A DNA stretch of 63,512 nucleotides, the filler included, from Actinomycetota bacterium (GTDB taxonomy: Bacteria > Actinomycetota > Actinomycetes > JAKEEW01), in the NCBI GenBank assembly GCA_046725875.1. It is 5 parts of 5 records of this genome, joined end to end, with 100 filler letters (N's around TTAATTAATTAA, not from the genome) between each part and the next. Parts side by side here need not be neighbours in the genome. Positions count along the whole stretch, not along the records: positions 25,400 to 32,785 come from JBKOZJ010000066.1; positions 32,886 to 53,459 come from JBKOZJ010000067.1; 3 more parts are not named here. The stretch is one strand, 5' to 3'. How positions within the stretch are numbered: the stretch's first letter is position 1; each line of letters starts with the position of its first letter. The notes below the pieces were generated by a model. It made no database searches, was not told the origin of the DNA, and was given only the letters and a program-made list of their open reading frames with translations. This document shows positions 28,011 to 38,279 of the stretch, one piece after another. A program made the translations under genes and the position numbers.

Positions 28011-29094
28011 TCTGATCGTGGTCGGCGGCGGACCTGCGGGCTTGGCCACCGCGCTGTACGCAAGGCGGCGCGGTCTCAACGTAGTTGTCTTCGAGCCGCG
28101 CCCCGCGCCGATCGACAAGGCGTGCGGCGAGGGCGTTATGCCGCCCGGCGTGGCGGCGCTCGCCGACCTCGGCGTGACGCCTCCGGGCTTGCCGTTCCGG
28201 GGGATCCGCTATCGCGCCGGCGGTCTCGCCGTCGACGGGCTGTTCGCGGGCGTCCACGGCCTCGGTGTACGGCGGACTGCACTGCACAGTTCGCTCGCCG
28301 CGGCGGCGAGCGATATTTCCCGGATCGGGGCTCAGGTGCGGTCACTCACACAGGACGAGGACGGTGTAGTCGTAGACGGTGTCCGGGGCCGCTGGTTGAT
28401 CGGAGCGGACGGCCTGCACTCGCGCATCCGCCGGCTCGCTGGGCTCGACCTACCAACCGCCAGAGCTTTCGGGAACCGGCGAGGCCGCTCACGGGCTCCC
28501 CGCCGCTCGCCCCGCTACGGCCTGAGGCAACACTTTGGGGTGCGGCCGTGGACCGATCTAGTTGAGGTCTATTGGGCGCCCGACTGTGAGGCGTACGTCA
28601 CGCCGGTTGGCCACGCGTGCGTCGGAGTCGCCTTCCTCACCACTACCCGCGTTCTCCTTAATCGATCGACCGGCGCCGATCTGAGTCACCCGTACCACGC
28701 CCTGATGGCGAGCTTTCCAGAGCTCGCCGGTCGGCTCGCCGGGGTGCCGGTCGTCTCCGACGTTCGCGGCTCCGGGCCGCTGCGGCAGCGGGTCCTCCGG
28801 CGCACCGCCGGACGGGTCGTCCTCGTCGGTGATGCCGCCGGCTACGTGGATCCGCTGACGGGTGAGGGGATCGGGCTGGCGCTCACCTGCGCGCGTGCTG
28901 CCGTCGACTGCCTGGTACGCGGCCGTCCGGACGCCTACGAGCGGGCGTGGCGACGGATTACCTGGGAGCATCGGGCGATGACGTCGGCACTGCTGTGGTG
29001 CGCCGAGCATCCGGCCCTTAGATCACGGCTCGTGCCGGTTGCGACCAGGCTGCCTCGCGTCTTCACGGCTGCCGTGAACCGTTTGGCGAAGTAG
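28003..29094 (+). CDS. FAD-dependent monooxygenase (SrsC-like)
   Basis: HDLIVVGGGPAG, DKACGEG, GADGLHS, LVGDAAGYVDPLTGEG; start inferred at CTG 28003. Confidence 0.88.
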   Translation: MHDLIVVGGGPAGLATALYARRRGLNVVVFEPRPAPIDKACGEGVMPPGVAALADLGVTPPGLPFRGIRYRAGGLAVDGLFAGVHGLGVRRTALHSSLAAAASDISRIGAQVRSLTQDEDGVVVDGVRGRWLIGADGLHSRIRRLAGLDLPTARAFGNRRGRSRAPRRSPRYGLRQHFGVRPWTDLVEVYWAPDCEAYVTPVGHACVGVAFLTTTRVLLNRSTGADLSHPYHALMASFPELAGRLAGVPVVSDVRGSGPLRQRVLRRTAGRVVLVGDAAGYVDPLTGEGIGLALTCARAAVDCLVRGRPDAYERAWRRITWEHRAMTSALLWCAEHPALRSRLVPVATRLPRVFTAAVNRLAK

Positions 29095-29597
29095 CCACCT
29101 AGGTCCGCCAGAAACTCGGTTGGGAACGGAGGAGGTTGCCACGCATACTGCTGAGGGCGCGCGCCGGGAGTGCATAGGTCGGGCGCCGACGGGCGAGACA
29201 TGCAGCCGCCGCGACGACGACCACTGACGGAGGGAGGAGCCACGCCAGCGCCGGCAACTGGGAGGGGAGTGGTCCCGGCGCGGGCAGGGTGGCCACGGCG
29301 GTCGCAGCAAACGGCAGGAGGTCTCGTTAACCCACCGAGGTCACCGAAACTGGCAACTGCGAGGAACTGATGGCGCTCGACGGAATGTACGCCGAGCTTT
29401 TCGCCTCCAAGGCCGGGCATTTGCGGCCGAGACTCTGGCGGAAACATGTCATCACAGTCGGCCGGCTGCGTCGCCAAGCGGCACCGTGACCAATTCGTGC
29501 CGATCGCGACGTCGAACCAGGGCATAGCCGGACGCGTCTTCAAGATTGTGAGCAGGTTGGGCGCCAGGATACGAATCGGTTGGCGAGGGTCTGTTCG

Positions 29598-29623
29598 GGA
29601 ATCTTCGAGGTCCCTCGCCGGTT
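29598..29623 (+). promoter_or_regulatory. SigR/SigH-type promoter
   Basis: GGAAT-N18-GTT, about 80 bp upstream of the sigma gene. Confidence 0.65.
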
Positions 29624-29705
29624 AAATATCTGGGTTGATTGTGTTGACCAAACACGGACGGTTGATTTCTTTGCAGACGGCAAGACGGAGGGGAGGTGAC
29701 GCACG

Positions 29706-30761
29706 ATGACCGCTGAAACCACTTTGATCGTGAGCCAGCCCGACGGTCGCGAGAGGGAGCGCCTCGACGCGAGCGCGGAGGCGGCGGCTCTGGAGGCTGT
29801 GGAGCGCCTTGACAGCTTCGAGCGCGTCGACCAGGTCGACCGAGACGAGGCAGCCGAGGAGCGTGATCTTGTCGGCATGTATCTCGACGAGATCGCCCGT
29901 ACCGCTCTGCTTAACGCGGAGCAGGAGGTCGATCTCGCGGAAGCGATCGAGGCTGGTCTGTTCGCCGAGCAGCTGCTCGAGGAGGGCAAGATCCCGAGCG
30001 GTGTGAAGCGCGAAGAGCTGGAGCAGCTCGTCGCTCTCGGCCGGGCCGCCAAGATGCGGTTCATCGCCGCGAACCTCCGCCTGGTCGTATCAGTAGCACG
30101 CAAATACACGCGCAGCCAAATGCCGCTGCTCGACCTCATCCAGGAGGGGAACACAGGGCTGGTGCGCGCGGTCGAGAAATTCGACTACCAGCGCGGCTTC
30201 AAGTTCTCTACCTACGCGACGTGGTGGATCCGCCAGGCGATCAGCCGCGCGATCGCGCAGCAGGGCCGGACGGTCCGGCTGCCGGTTCACGTGGTTGAGG
30301 ACCTCAACCGGGTCACCCGGGTGCGCCGGGAACTCACCCGCGACCTCGGCCGCGAGGCCGAACTCAGTGAGGTCGCGGCCGAACTCGGTATGGACGTGGA
30401 TGCCGTCGAGGACCTGCTGGCCCTCGGCCGGGATCCGGTGAGCCTGGACACGCCAGTCGGCGATGACGGCGAAACGCGGCTCGGCGATCTCGTGCATGAG
30501 GTCGATCAGGCCACCCCGGAGACGGTGGTCCTGGCCGGCCTGCACGACGAGCGGGTGCGGGCCCTGCTCGACAGGCTTGACCCAAGGTCCGCCGACATCG
30601 TGCGCTACCGCTATGGCCTGGCCGATGGCCGCGAGCACTCCCTCGCCGAGATCGCCGAGCGGATCGGGCTGTCTCGGGAGCGAGTGCGGCAGCTCGAGGC
30701 AGAGGCGCTGCGCCGGCTGCGCCGACTCGCCGCGAGTGAGCCCGACCTCAACGCGGCGTAA
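29706..30761 (+). CDS. Group 2 sigma-70 factor (HrdD/SigB-like)
   Basis: DLVGMYLDEI, ANLRLVVSVARKY, DLIQEGNTGLVRAVEKFDYQRGFKFSTYATWWIRQAI, SRERVRQLE; lacks region 1.1. Confidence 0.92.
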   Translation: MTAETTLIVSQPDGRERERLDASAEAAALEAVERLDSFERVDQVDRDEAAEERDLVGMYLDEIARTALLNAEQEVDLAEAIEAGLFAEQLLEEGKIPSGVKREELEQLVALGRAAKMRFIAANLRLVVSVARKYTRSQMPLLDLIQEGNTGLVRAVEKFDYQRGFKFSTYATWWIRQAISRAIAQQGRTVRLPVHVVEDLNRVTRVRRELTRDLGREAELSEVAAELGMDVDAVEDLLALGRDPVSLDTPVGDDGETRLGDLVHEVDQATPETVVLAGLHDERVRALLDRLDPRSADIVRYRYGLADGREHSLAEIAERIGLSRERVRQLEAEALRRLRRLAASEPDLNAA

Positions 30762-30782
30762 CCGCACATTCACTTAACAGGA

Positions 30783-30816
30783 GGCACCCTCAGTCGGACC
30801 ATCGACTGAGGGTGCC
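30783..30816 (+). terminator. Hairpin terminator after the sigma gene
   Basis: GGCACCCTCAGTCG-N6-CGACTGAGGGTGCC, perfect 14-bp stem. Confidence 0.8.
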
Positions 30817-30882
30817 CGTCATGCGACTGGGCGGGGACGCGAGGCACGGTCTCTAGCCGCCTCCGGTCGGTAGGGTGGCGGC

Positions 30883-31473
30883 GTGGCGACGACCAAGATC
30901 TTGACCGTCCCCAACCTGCTGAGCCTGCTGCGGCTGCTCGGCGTGCCGTTGTTCCTGTATCTCGTGCTCGGCCCGGAGGCAGACGGCTGGGCCGTCGTCG
31001 TCCTTGCCACAAGTGGGGCGACGGACTATCTCGACGGTGTCATCGCCCGGCGCTTCGGGCAGGAAAGCGCACTCGGACGAGTGCTGGATCCCGCGGTCGA
31101 CCGTCTCTACATCCTGGTGGTGATCGTTGGGCTTGCGTTGCGAGAGATCCTGCCCTGGTGGTTGGTCGGCGCCCTGCTCGCGCGGGATGTGGTGCTCGGC
31201 ATCGCGCTGCTCGTACTCAGAAGGAGTGGATACGGACCGCCGGCCGTGCATTTCATCGGGAAAGCGGCAACGCTGTGCCTGCTATATGCGTTTCCGCTGC
31301 TTTTCCTCGGTGACGGCAGTGGCTGGGGGCCAACCGTTGCCCGGGTGTTCGGTTGGGCTTTCGCGGTGTGGGGTAGCGGCCTCTACTGGTGGGCGGGCAT
31401 CCTCTACCTCGTTCAGGTGCGCCGGCTCGTCACTCATGATGGTCCACGCGAGCGCCGGGAGGTGACCGCATGA
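30883..31473 (+). CDS. CDP-alcohol phosphatidyltransferase
   Basis: [30 protein letters not shown]. Confidence 0.92.
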   Translation: MATTKILTVPNLLSLLRLLGVPLFLYLVLGPEADGWAVVVLATSGATDYLDGVIARRFGQESALGRVLDPAVDRLYILVVIVGLALREILPWWLVGALLARDVVLGIALLVLRRSGYGPPAVHFIGKAATLCLLYAFPLLFLGDGSGWGPTVARVFGWAFAVWGSGLYWWAGILYLVQVRRLVTHDGPRERREVTA

Positions 31474-32785
31474 GGGCCGTCGTCATGGCCGGCGGTGAAG
31501 GCACCAGGCTGCGGCCGATGACGTCGAGCATGCCAAAGCCGCTGCTGCCCGTGGTCAACAAGCCGATCATGGAACACGTGCTGGGGTTGCTGCAGCGGCA
31601 CGGGTTCGACGAGACAGTCGTCACCGTCCAGTTCCTTGCCTCGCTCATTCGCAATTACTTTGGCGACGGCGAGGACTTCGGGATGACGCTGCAGTACGCG
31701 ACCGAGGAGGCGCCGCTCGGCACCGCCGGCAGCGTAAAAAACGCCGAGGAGGCGCTGCGGGATGGCACGTTCCTCGTCATCTCCGGTGACGCTCTCACCG
31801 ACTTCGACCTCACCGCGCTGCTGGACTATCACCAGAGCAACAAAGCGCTCGTCACGGTGTGCCTCAAGCGGGTCCCGAACCCGCTCGAGTTCGGCATCAC
31901 CATTCTTGGTGAGGACGGGCGGGTCGAGCGGTTCCTCGAGAAGCCCACCTGGGGCCAGGTCTTCTCGGACACGGTCAACACCGGCATCTACGTGATGGAG
32001 CCGGAGATCTTCGACCGGGTGCCGCGCGGCGAGGTGGTCGACTGGTCGGGGGACGTGTTTCCGGCGCTGCTCGACGAGAGTGCACCGATCTACGGTTACG
32101 TTGCCGACGGCTACTGGGAGGACGTCGGGACGCACGAGAGCTACATTCGGGTTCAGGCGGACGTACTGTCCGGGCTGGTCGACGTCGAGATCAACGGCTT
32201 CGAGGTCGCGCCGGGGATCTGGGTGGCCGAGGGCGCCGACGTGGACCCGAACGCCGAGCTCAAAGGGCCGCTCTACGTCGGTGACTACGCCAAGGTCGAA
32301 AGCGGCGCCGAGCTGCGCGAATACACCGTGCTTGGCAGCAACGCGGTGGTCAAGAGCGGCGCGTTCCTGCACCGTGCGGTTATCCACGACAACGTGTACA
32401 TCGGCCCGCAGTCCAACCTTCGCGGCTGCGTGGTCGGCAAGAATGCCGACGTCATGCGGTCGGCCCGGATCGAGGAAGCAGCGATCGTCGGAGACGAGTG
32501 CCTCATCGAGGAGGAGGCCATCGTTGCCGCCGGGGTCAAGATTTACCCCTTCAAGACGATCGAGGCAGGCGCGGTCGTCACCTCGAGCGTCATCTGGGAG
32601 GCGCGGGGGCAGCGGGCCTTGTTCGGCCCGCGCGGCGTCTCCGGCATCGTGAACGTCGAGATCACTCCGGAGCTGGCGGTGCGGCTGGCGAGCGCCTTCG
32701 CCACCACGGTGCGCAAGGGCTCGAGCGTGGTGACTGCACGGGACCATTCTCGAGGCGCCCGAGCGCTCAAACGCGCCGTCATCGC
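31470..32785 (+). CDS. Mannose-1-phosphate guanylyltransferase / phosphomannomutase fusion, partial
   Basis: [17 protein letters not shown], hexapeptide repeats, then LFGPRGVSG start of the phosphohexomutase domain; cut by linker. Confidence 0.9.
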
Positions 32786-32885
32786 NNNNNNNNNNNNNNN
32801 NNNNNNNNNNNNNNNNNNNNNNNNNNNNNTTAATTAATTAANNNNNNNNNNNNNNNNNNNNNNNNNNNNNNNNNNNNNNNNNNNN
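32786..32885. other. Assembly linker
   Basis: N run around TTAATTAATTAA. Confidence 0.99.
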
Positions 32886-32887
32886 TC

Positions 32888-33370
32888 GCCGATGGCCGCT
32901 CCGTCGAGGAGAACATTGCCGCCGTCGCTGCGGTGATCGGCGAAAAGCTGGAGCTGCGCCGCCTTGTCGTCTTCGACGGCCAGGTCGCGTCCTACATGCA
33001 CCGGCGTTCCTCGGACCTTCCTCCGCAAGTAGGTGTCCTCGTCGAGTTCACCGGAACCGATCTGGAGACCGCGCGCAGCGCCGCCATGCAGATTGCCGCG
33101 ATGCGACCACAGTATGTGTCGCGCGAGGACGTGCCCGACGAGACCGTCGCGAACGAGCGGCGGATTGCCGACGCAATCGCGCGGGAGGAGGGCAAGCCGG
33201 CGGCCGCCTTGCCGAAAATCGTCGAAGGTCGCCTGACCGGGTTCTTCAAGGACGTCGTGCTCCTGGAGCAGGCCTCGGTACACGACAGCAAGCAGACGGT
33301 GAAGGAGCTGCTCGATGCCGCCGGAGTAGCGGTCACTCGGTTCGCCCGGTTCGAGGTCGGCCAGGCATAA
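32888..33370 (+). CDS. tsf: Elongation factor Ts, C-terminal part
   Basis: [38 protein letters not shown]; upstream of pyrH-frr. Confidence 0.95.
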   Translation, partial: ADGRSVEENIAAVAAVIGEKLELRRLVVFDGQVASYMHRRSSDLPPQVGVLVEFTGTDLETARSAAMQIAAMRPQYVSREDVPDETVANERRIADAIAREEGKPAAALPKIVEGRLTGFFKDVVLLEQASVHDSKQTVKELLDAAGVAVTRFARFEVGQA

Positions 33371-33400
33371 CGAGGGCGTAGGTGTCAGGAGGCCGACTTC

Positions 33401-34198
33401 GTGGGCGGAAGCGAGCAGCAGCAGGTGAGGTCAGCGTCGGCCGGCGGCGCGACCTCCGATGAGCCGCATGGTTACCGGCGCGTCGTGCTCAAACTGTCCG
33501 GCGAAGCGTTCGGTGGTGGGCGGCTCGGCGTCGACCCGGACATCGTGCAGACCATCGCCCGGCAGATCGCCGAGGTGACCCGGCCGGGGTCCGAGCCGGC
33601 GGCCGCGCCCGCCGCTCAGGTCGCGGTTGTCGTCGGTGGGGGCAACTTCTTCCGAGGCGCAGAGCTGTCCGAGCGGGGGATGGACCGGGCCAGGGCCGAC
33701 TACATGGGCATGTTGGGCACCGTCATGAATTGCCTGGCACTGCAGGACTTCCTCGAGAAGCAGGGGGTCGACACCAGAGTCCAGACCGCGATTGCGATGG
33801 GTCAGGTCGCCGAGCCCTATATCCCACGCCGGGCGATCCGACACTTGGAGAAGGGCCGGGTCGTGATCTTCGGTGCAGGCGCCGGCATGCCATACTTCTC
33901 GACCGATACGGTGGCCGCCCAGCGTGCGCTGGAAATAGGCGCTCAAGTCTTGCTCATGGGCAAGAAAGGTGTGGACGGCGTGTACGACTCCGACCCGGCG
34001 ACGAACGTCGATGCGGTGCGGTATGACACGTTGTCGTACGACGAGTTTCTCGCGCGTGGGCTGCGCGTCGCCGATGCCACGGCGGTCAGCCTGTGCCGCG
34101 ACAACGATTTGCCCATCGTCGTCTTCAACCTGCTCGAAGCGGGCAATATCGCCCGGGCCATCCGAGGTGAGAAGATCGGCACGCTGGTCACCGCATGA
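33401..34198 (+). CDS. pyrH: UMP kinase
   Basis: [36 protein letters not shown]. Confidence 0.97.
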   Translation: MGGSEQQQVRSASAGGATSDEPHGYRRVVLKLSGEAFGGGRLGVDPDIVQTIARQIAEVTRPGSEPAAAPAAQVAVVVGGGNFFRGAELSERGMDRARADYMGMLGTVMNCLALQDFLEKQGVDTRVQTAIAMGQVAEPYIPRRAIRHLEKGRVVIFGAGAGMPYFSTDTVAAQRALEIGAQVLLMGKKGVDGVYDSDPATNVDAVRYDTLSYDEFLARGLRVADATAVSLCRDNDLPIVVFNLLEAGNIARAIRGEKIGTLVTA

Positions 34199-34262
34199 TC
34201 TATGCGAGACCATCGACATCGAGTACACCGGCCAGAACGGCCTGACCCTGACAGGAGCCGCA

Positions 34263-34820
34263 GTGATCGACGAGAGTCTCCTCGAGGCCGAGGAGAAGAT
34301 GGAAAAGGCAGTCGGGGTTGCCAAGGAAGACTTCGCCGCCATCCGGACGGGTCGGGCGCACCCCGCTATGTTCGCCAAGATCATGGTCGACTATTACGGC
34401 GCGCCCACTCCGGTCAACCAGCTCGCCTCGTTCCAGGTGCCGGAGCCGCGGATGGCCATCATCGCTCCCTATGACAAGGGCTCGATGGGCGGGATCGAGA
34501 AGGCAATTCGGGACTCTGATCTGGGCGTCAACCCCACCAACGACGGCACGGTTCTGCGCGTCGTCTTCCCGCAGCTCACCGAGGAGCGGCGTAAGGAGTA
34601 CATCCGAGTTGCCCGCCACAAGGCCGAGGACGCTCGCATATCGATCCGCAACATCCGCAGGCATGCCAAGGACGCGCTCGATCGGCTCGTCAAAGACGGC
34701 GAGGCAGGCGAGGACGAGGTACGTCGGGCGGAGAAGCAGCTCGACGACCTGACCCATAGGTACGTCGCCCAGGTCGACGAGCTGCTCAAACACAAGGAAG
34801 CCGAACTCCTCGAGGTCTGA
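34263..34820 (+). CDS. frr: Ribosome recycling factor
   Basis: [37 protein letters not shown]. Confidence 0.97.
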   Translation: MIDESLLEAEEKMEKAVGVAKEDFAAIRTGRAHPAMFAKIMVDYYGAPTPVNQLASFQVPEPRMAIIAPYDKGSMGGIEKAIRDSDLGVNPTNDGTVLRVVFPQLTEERRKEYIRVARHKAEDARISIRNIRRHAKDALDRLVKDGEAGEDEVRRAEKQLDDLTHRYVAQVDELLKHKEAELLEV

Positions 34821-34824
34821 AGAG

Positions 34825-35766
34825 TTGTCGGGGAACCGCTCGCCGCGGGCGACGCGACGGCGCGGCCGAATGCGACCCGCCGCCGATGCACCGCCTGCCG
34901 GATCCGTGCCCGTCGGCGGCCATCCAGCCGAGCCCGGACCGAAGCCACCACCCCCCGGACGCGCGGGACGAAATCTCCCCACCGCGTTCGCCGTGGGCAT
35001 TGGGCTGCTCGCGGTCCTGCTGGCCTCGCTCTTCATCGTCAAAGCGGTATTCGTGGGCCTGGCGGCCGTCGCCGTCGTCATCGCCGTATGGGAGCTTGCT
35101 GCTGCGTTCTCTGTACGGGACATCCGGCCGCCGGTCGTCCCGCTCGCCATCGGTGCCGTGGCGATGCTCGTGGCGGCGTACGTCGGTGGAGCAGAGACGC
35201 TCATCGCGGCACTTGCGCTGACCGTGCTTGCGTCACTGGTCTGGCGGCTTCCGGACGGGCCGGAGGCATATCTGCGGGACACGACGGCCGGCGTGTTCAC
35301 TGCCGTGTATGTGCCCTTTCTAGCAAGCTTCGCGATCCTGATGCTCGAGCCGGCCGACGGTCAGCGGCGGGTTACCGCCTTCATCATCGTGACCATCTGC
35401 TCCGATATTGGCGGCTACCTCGTGGGCGTGCTGATCGGCCGGCACCCGATGGCGCCGACCATCAGTCCCAAGAAGTCTTGGGAAGGATTCGCGGGCTCGG
35501 TGCTCTTCTGCGTCGTCGGCGGCGCCGCCGCCGTCCACTACTTGCTCGAGGCCGCGTACTGGAAGGGAGTCGTTCTCGGATTTGCCGCGGTCGTAGCGGC
35601 CACTGTGGGCGATCTGAGCGAGTCGATGATCAAGCGGGATCTCGCTATAAAGGACATGGGTCGCCTCCTGCCGGGCCACGGCGGGATCATGGACCGCCTG
35701 GATTCCCTGCTAGTTACGGCTCCGGTCGCCTGGGCCGTACTCACGCTCCTGGTTCCACGTCCCTGA
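34825..35766 (+). CDS. cdsA: Phosphatidate cytidylyltransferase
   Basis: ISPKKSWEG, GDLSESMIKRDLAIKDMG..PGHGGIMDRLDS. Confidence 0.95.
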   Translation: MSGNRSPRATRRRGRMRPAADAPPAGSVPVGGHPAEPGPKPPPPGRAGRNLPTAFAVGIGLLAVLLASLFIVKAVFVGLAAVAVVIAVWELAAAFSVRDIRPPVVPLAIGAVAMLVAAYVGGAETLIAALALTVLASLVWRLPDGPEAYLRDTTAGVFTAVYVPFLASFAILMLEPADGQRRVTAFIIVTICSDIGGYLVGVLIGRHPMAPTISPKKSWEGFAGSVLFCVVGGAAAVHYLLEAAYWKGVVLGFAAVVAATVGDLSESMIKRDLAIKDMGRLLPGHGGIMDRLDSLLVTAPVAWAVLTLLVPRP

Positions 35767-35956
35767 CAGAATCCGGGTGAACACGCGCCGGAAGGTGGCT
35801 GACGTGTTCGCCGCGTGGCAATATGCCGCGAGGACGAAACGCCGGATCGATCGGTTATGCGTTGATCAGGAACATCAACGATCAAGCCTGGCGGGCCGAC
35901 CTGCTCGGGGAGTTGCTGGCCGGTCGTCTCGTCCACGTCAACGACGGAGGACGCTG

Positions 35957-36631
35957 ATGCGCCCAAGCTTCTCGCACGTGCGTTTACGCGAGGGCTACTC
36001 GATCGAGGAAGTCGACGAGTTCCTCGACCGGGTCGAGCACGGGTTCGTGACCGCGGACGAGGTGAGGACCGTCCAGTTCACCACGGTCCGGGTTCGGGCG
36101 GGGTACAACGAGGACGAGGTCGACGACCACCTCGACGAGATCGAGTCGATGCTGCGGCGGAAGGAGCGCGAGGAGGCCGTCGTCGCCACTCGGCAGGCCG
36201 CGGCACCGCCGCCGCCGCGCCTGCCGGCCCAGGTCCGCACCCCGGTCGCCGTCCACCACGTCGAGCTTTGGGTGCCCGATCTCGGGCGGGCGACGAGATC
36301 ATGGGGATGGTTGCTTGCCGCCCTCCGCTGGCAGCCGCATCAGCAGTGGGCCTACGGGCGGAGCTGGCGATTCGGCGACACCTACCTGGTCATCGAACAA
36401 TCGCCCGACATGCGCCCGGCGCCGCACGACCGGATGCTTCCCGGCCTGAATCACGTTGCCTTGCATGCGGGCGAACGGCACGAGGTGGACGCGATCGTGG
36501 CTCATGCCCCCGGCTATGGCTGGCGTCTGCTTTTCGGGGACCGGCATCCCTTTGCCGGTGGCCCGAGTCACTACGCCGCCTACCTCGAGAACGAGGACGG
36601 CTTCGAGGTCGAGCTCGTTGCCCGCCAGTAG
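35957..36631 (+). CDS. Tandem DivIVA-domain / VOC (glyoxalase-like) fusion protein
   Basis: F..REGYSIEEVDEFLD and F..RAGYNEDEVDDHLD, Pro/Ala linker, HHVELWVPD..GLNHVAL..YLENEDGFEVEL; GGAGG RBS. Confidence 0.8.
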   Translation: MRPSFSHVRLREGYSIEEVDEFLDRVEHGFVTADEVRTVQFTTVRVRAGYNEDEVDDHLDEIESMLRRKEREEAVVATRQAAAPPPPRLPAQVRTPVAVHHVELWVPDLGRATRSWGWLLAALRWQPHQQWAYGRSWRFGDTYLVIEQSPDMRPAPHDRMLPGLNHVALHAGERHEVDAIVAHAPGYGWRLLFGDRHPFAGGPSHYAAYLENEDGFEVELVARQ

Positions 36632-36758
36632 CAACCGCCCGGCTGACCGGTCCGGGCTGCGGGGGGCAAGCGGTCAGGTGCGCTCGTCGTTGGCCGAGGA
36701 GGCCGGTCAGGATGCAGCACAGGGGGACGGTCGCATCGCCGGTGGGCAGGTGCGTTTG

Positions 36759-38171
36759 TCAGTGGCCGAGGAAGCGCGCGAAGAGGGCAGCACGGCGGGA
36801 GGGGCGGCCGGTCCGCTCCTCGGCGCGGTCGGCGCTGGACATCGTGCGCAGGCCGAGGTTAGTGCCGATCCACCGCAATGGCTCCGGCTCCCAGTTCGGC
36901 GAGCGGTGGCCGACCCAGGGGAGCACGATGATATCCGTCTCCCGCCCGAGGATGAGGTCGGCGAGGGTGCGCCCGGCCAGGTTGGACGTGCCGACGCCGT
37001 CGCCCACGTAGCCGCCGGCCCAGGCAAGCCCGGTCGGCCGGTCGAGTCCGACTGAGGCGAACCAGTCCCGCGGGACGCCCAGCGGCCCGCCCCAGGTATG
37101 GGTCACGCTCGCGGATGCAGCGGCCGGGAAGAGCTCGCACACCACTCGCCAAAGCTCCGCGAAGACCCGCGGCTCGCGGTCGTACTCGGGCCGGATCAGA
37201 GACCGGAAGTGGTAGGGGGCGCCGCGGCCACCAAAGGCCAGCCGCCCGTCCGCCGTCCGTTGGCCGTAGATGATCAGGTGCCGGAAGTCGGAGAACGTCT
37301 CCCGGTTCATGAGCCCCGCGGACGCCCAAAACGAATCAGGCAGGGGTGTGGTGGCCAACATCAGCGAGTAGATCGGCGCTACCGCGCGGCGCAAACCCGG
37401 GAGGCCCGCGGTGTAGCCCTCGATGGCGCGCACGACAATCTCGGCCCGTACTCTCCCGAGCGGCGTCTCCGCCGCGGCGGCGGTGGTCGGACCCGTCGCC
37501 GGCTTGATCGCGATGACCGGAGTCTTCTCGTAGATCGTGACGCCCCGGGACTCGACGGCCCGGGCCAGCCCACGCACCAGCCTGGCTGGGTGGATAGCCG
37601 CGCAATGCGGGGTGTAAGTACCGCCGAGCACGCCGGTCGCCCCTACCCGTGCTCTCGCTTCGTCCGCCGTGAGCAGCACGAGGTCGTCCGCGCCGATCCC
37701 GAACGAGCGTGCCTCTCGCACCTCGGCATCGGCCCGCTCGAGCTGGACGGGGGTACGGGCAAGGTTTACCGTCCCGCCCTTCTCATAGTGGCAGTCGATG
37801 CCCCACTCGCCGGTGATCTTGCCAATCTCGTCCACTGTGTCGTACATCGCCCGGTTGAGTGCGCGCGCAGCTTCGCGCCCGTACAACCTCGCAACCTTGG
37901 CGATGGACGCGGGGAACAGCGCGGAACACCACCCGCCGTTGCGCCCGGAAGCACCGAACCCGGCGATCTCACGCTCCAGTACGGCAATCCGCAGCGCTGG
38001 GTCGAGCACGGAGAGATAGGCCGCGGTCCACAGGCCGGTGAACCCACCGCCGACGATCGCGACGTCGACGTCCCGGTCACCGGGCAGCGCCGGCCGCGGA
38101 TCGAGCGGTCCGGGCTCGGTGTCATGCCAAAACGACAAGCTGCGATACCCGCTGTCCATGATCAACGACAC
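36759..38171 (-). CDS. FAD-dependent oxidoreductase (DadA/PuuB-like)
   Basis: DVAIVGGGFTGLW, GASGRNGG, HPARLVRGL, GYVGDGVG; polyamine cluster context. Confidence 0.88.
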   Translation of the reverse strand: MSLIMDSGYRSLSFWHDTEPGPLDPRPALPGDRDVDVAIVGGGFTGLWTAAYLSVLDPALRIAVLEREIAGFGASGRNGGWCSALFPASIAKVARLYGREAARALNRAMYDTVDEIGKITGEWGIDCHYEKGGTVNLARTPVQLERADAEVREARSFGIGADDLVLLTADEARARVGATGVLGGTYTPHCAAIHPARLVRGLARAVESRGVTIYEKTPVIAIKPATGPTTAAAAETPLGRVRAEIVVRAIEGYTAGLPGLRRAVAPIYSLMLATTPLPDSFWASAGLMNRETFSDFRHLIIYGQRTADGRLAFGGRGAPYHFRSLIRPEYDREPRVFAELWRVVCELFPAAASASVTHTWGGPLGVPRDWFASVGLDRPTGLAWAGGYVGDGVGTSNLAGRTLADLILGRETDIIVLPWVGHRSPNWEPEPLRWIGTNLGLRTMSSADRAEERTGRPSRRAALFARFLGH

Positions 38172-38279
38172 CTAGCTTCCAACCCGCGCCAGATGAATGT
38201 GCCGTTGGCTCGATAGGTTCGACTCAACGGCACATTCATCTCAAAGCGGTTCGCTACAACGGCACGTTCAGTCGAGCTG

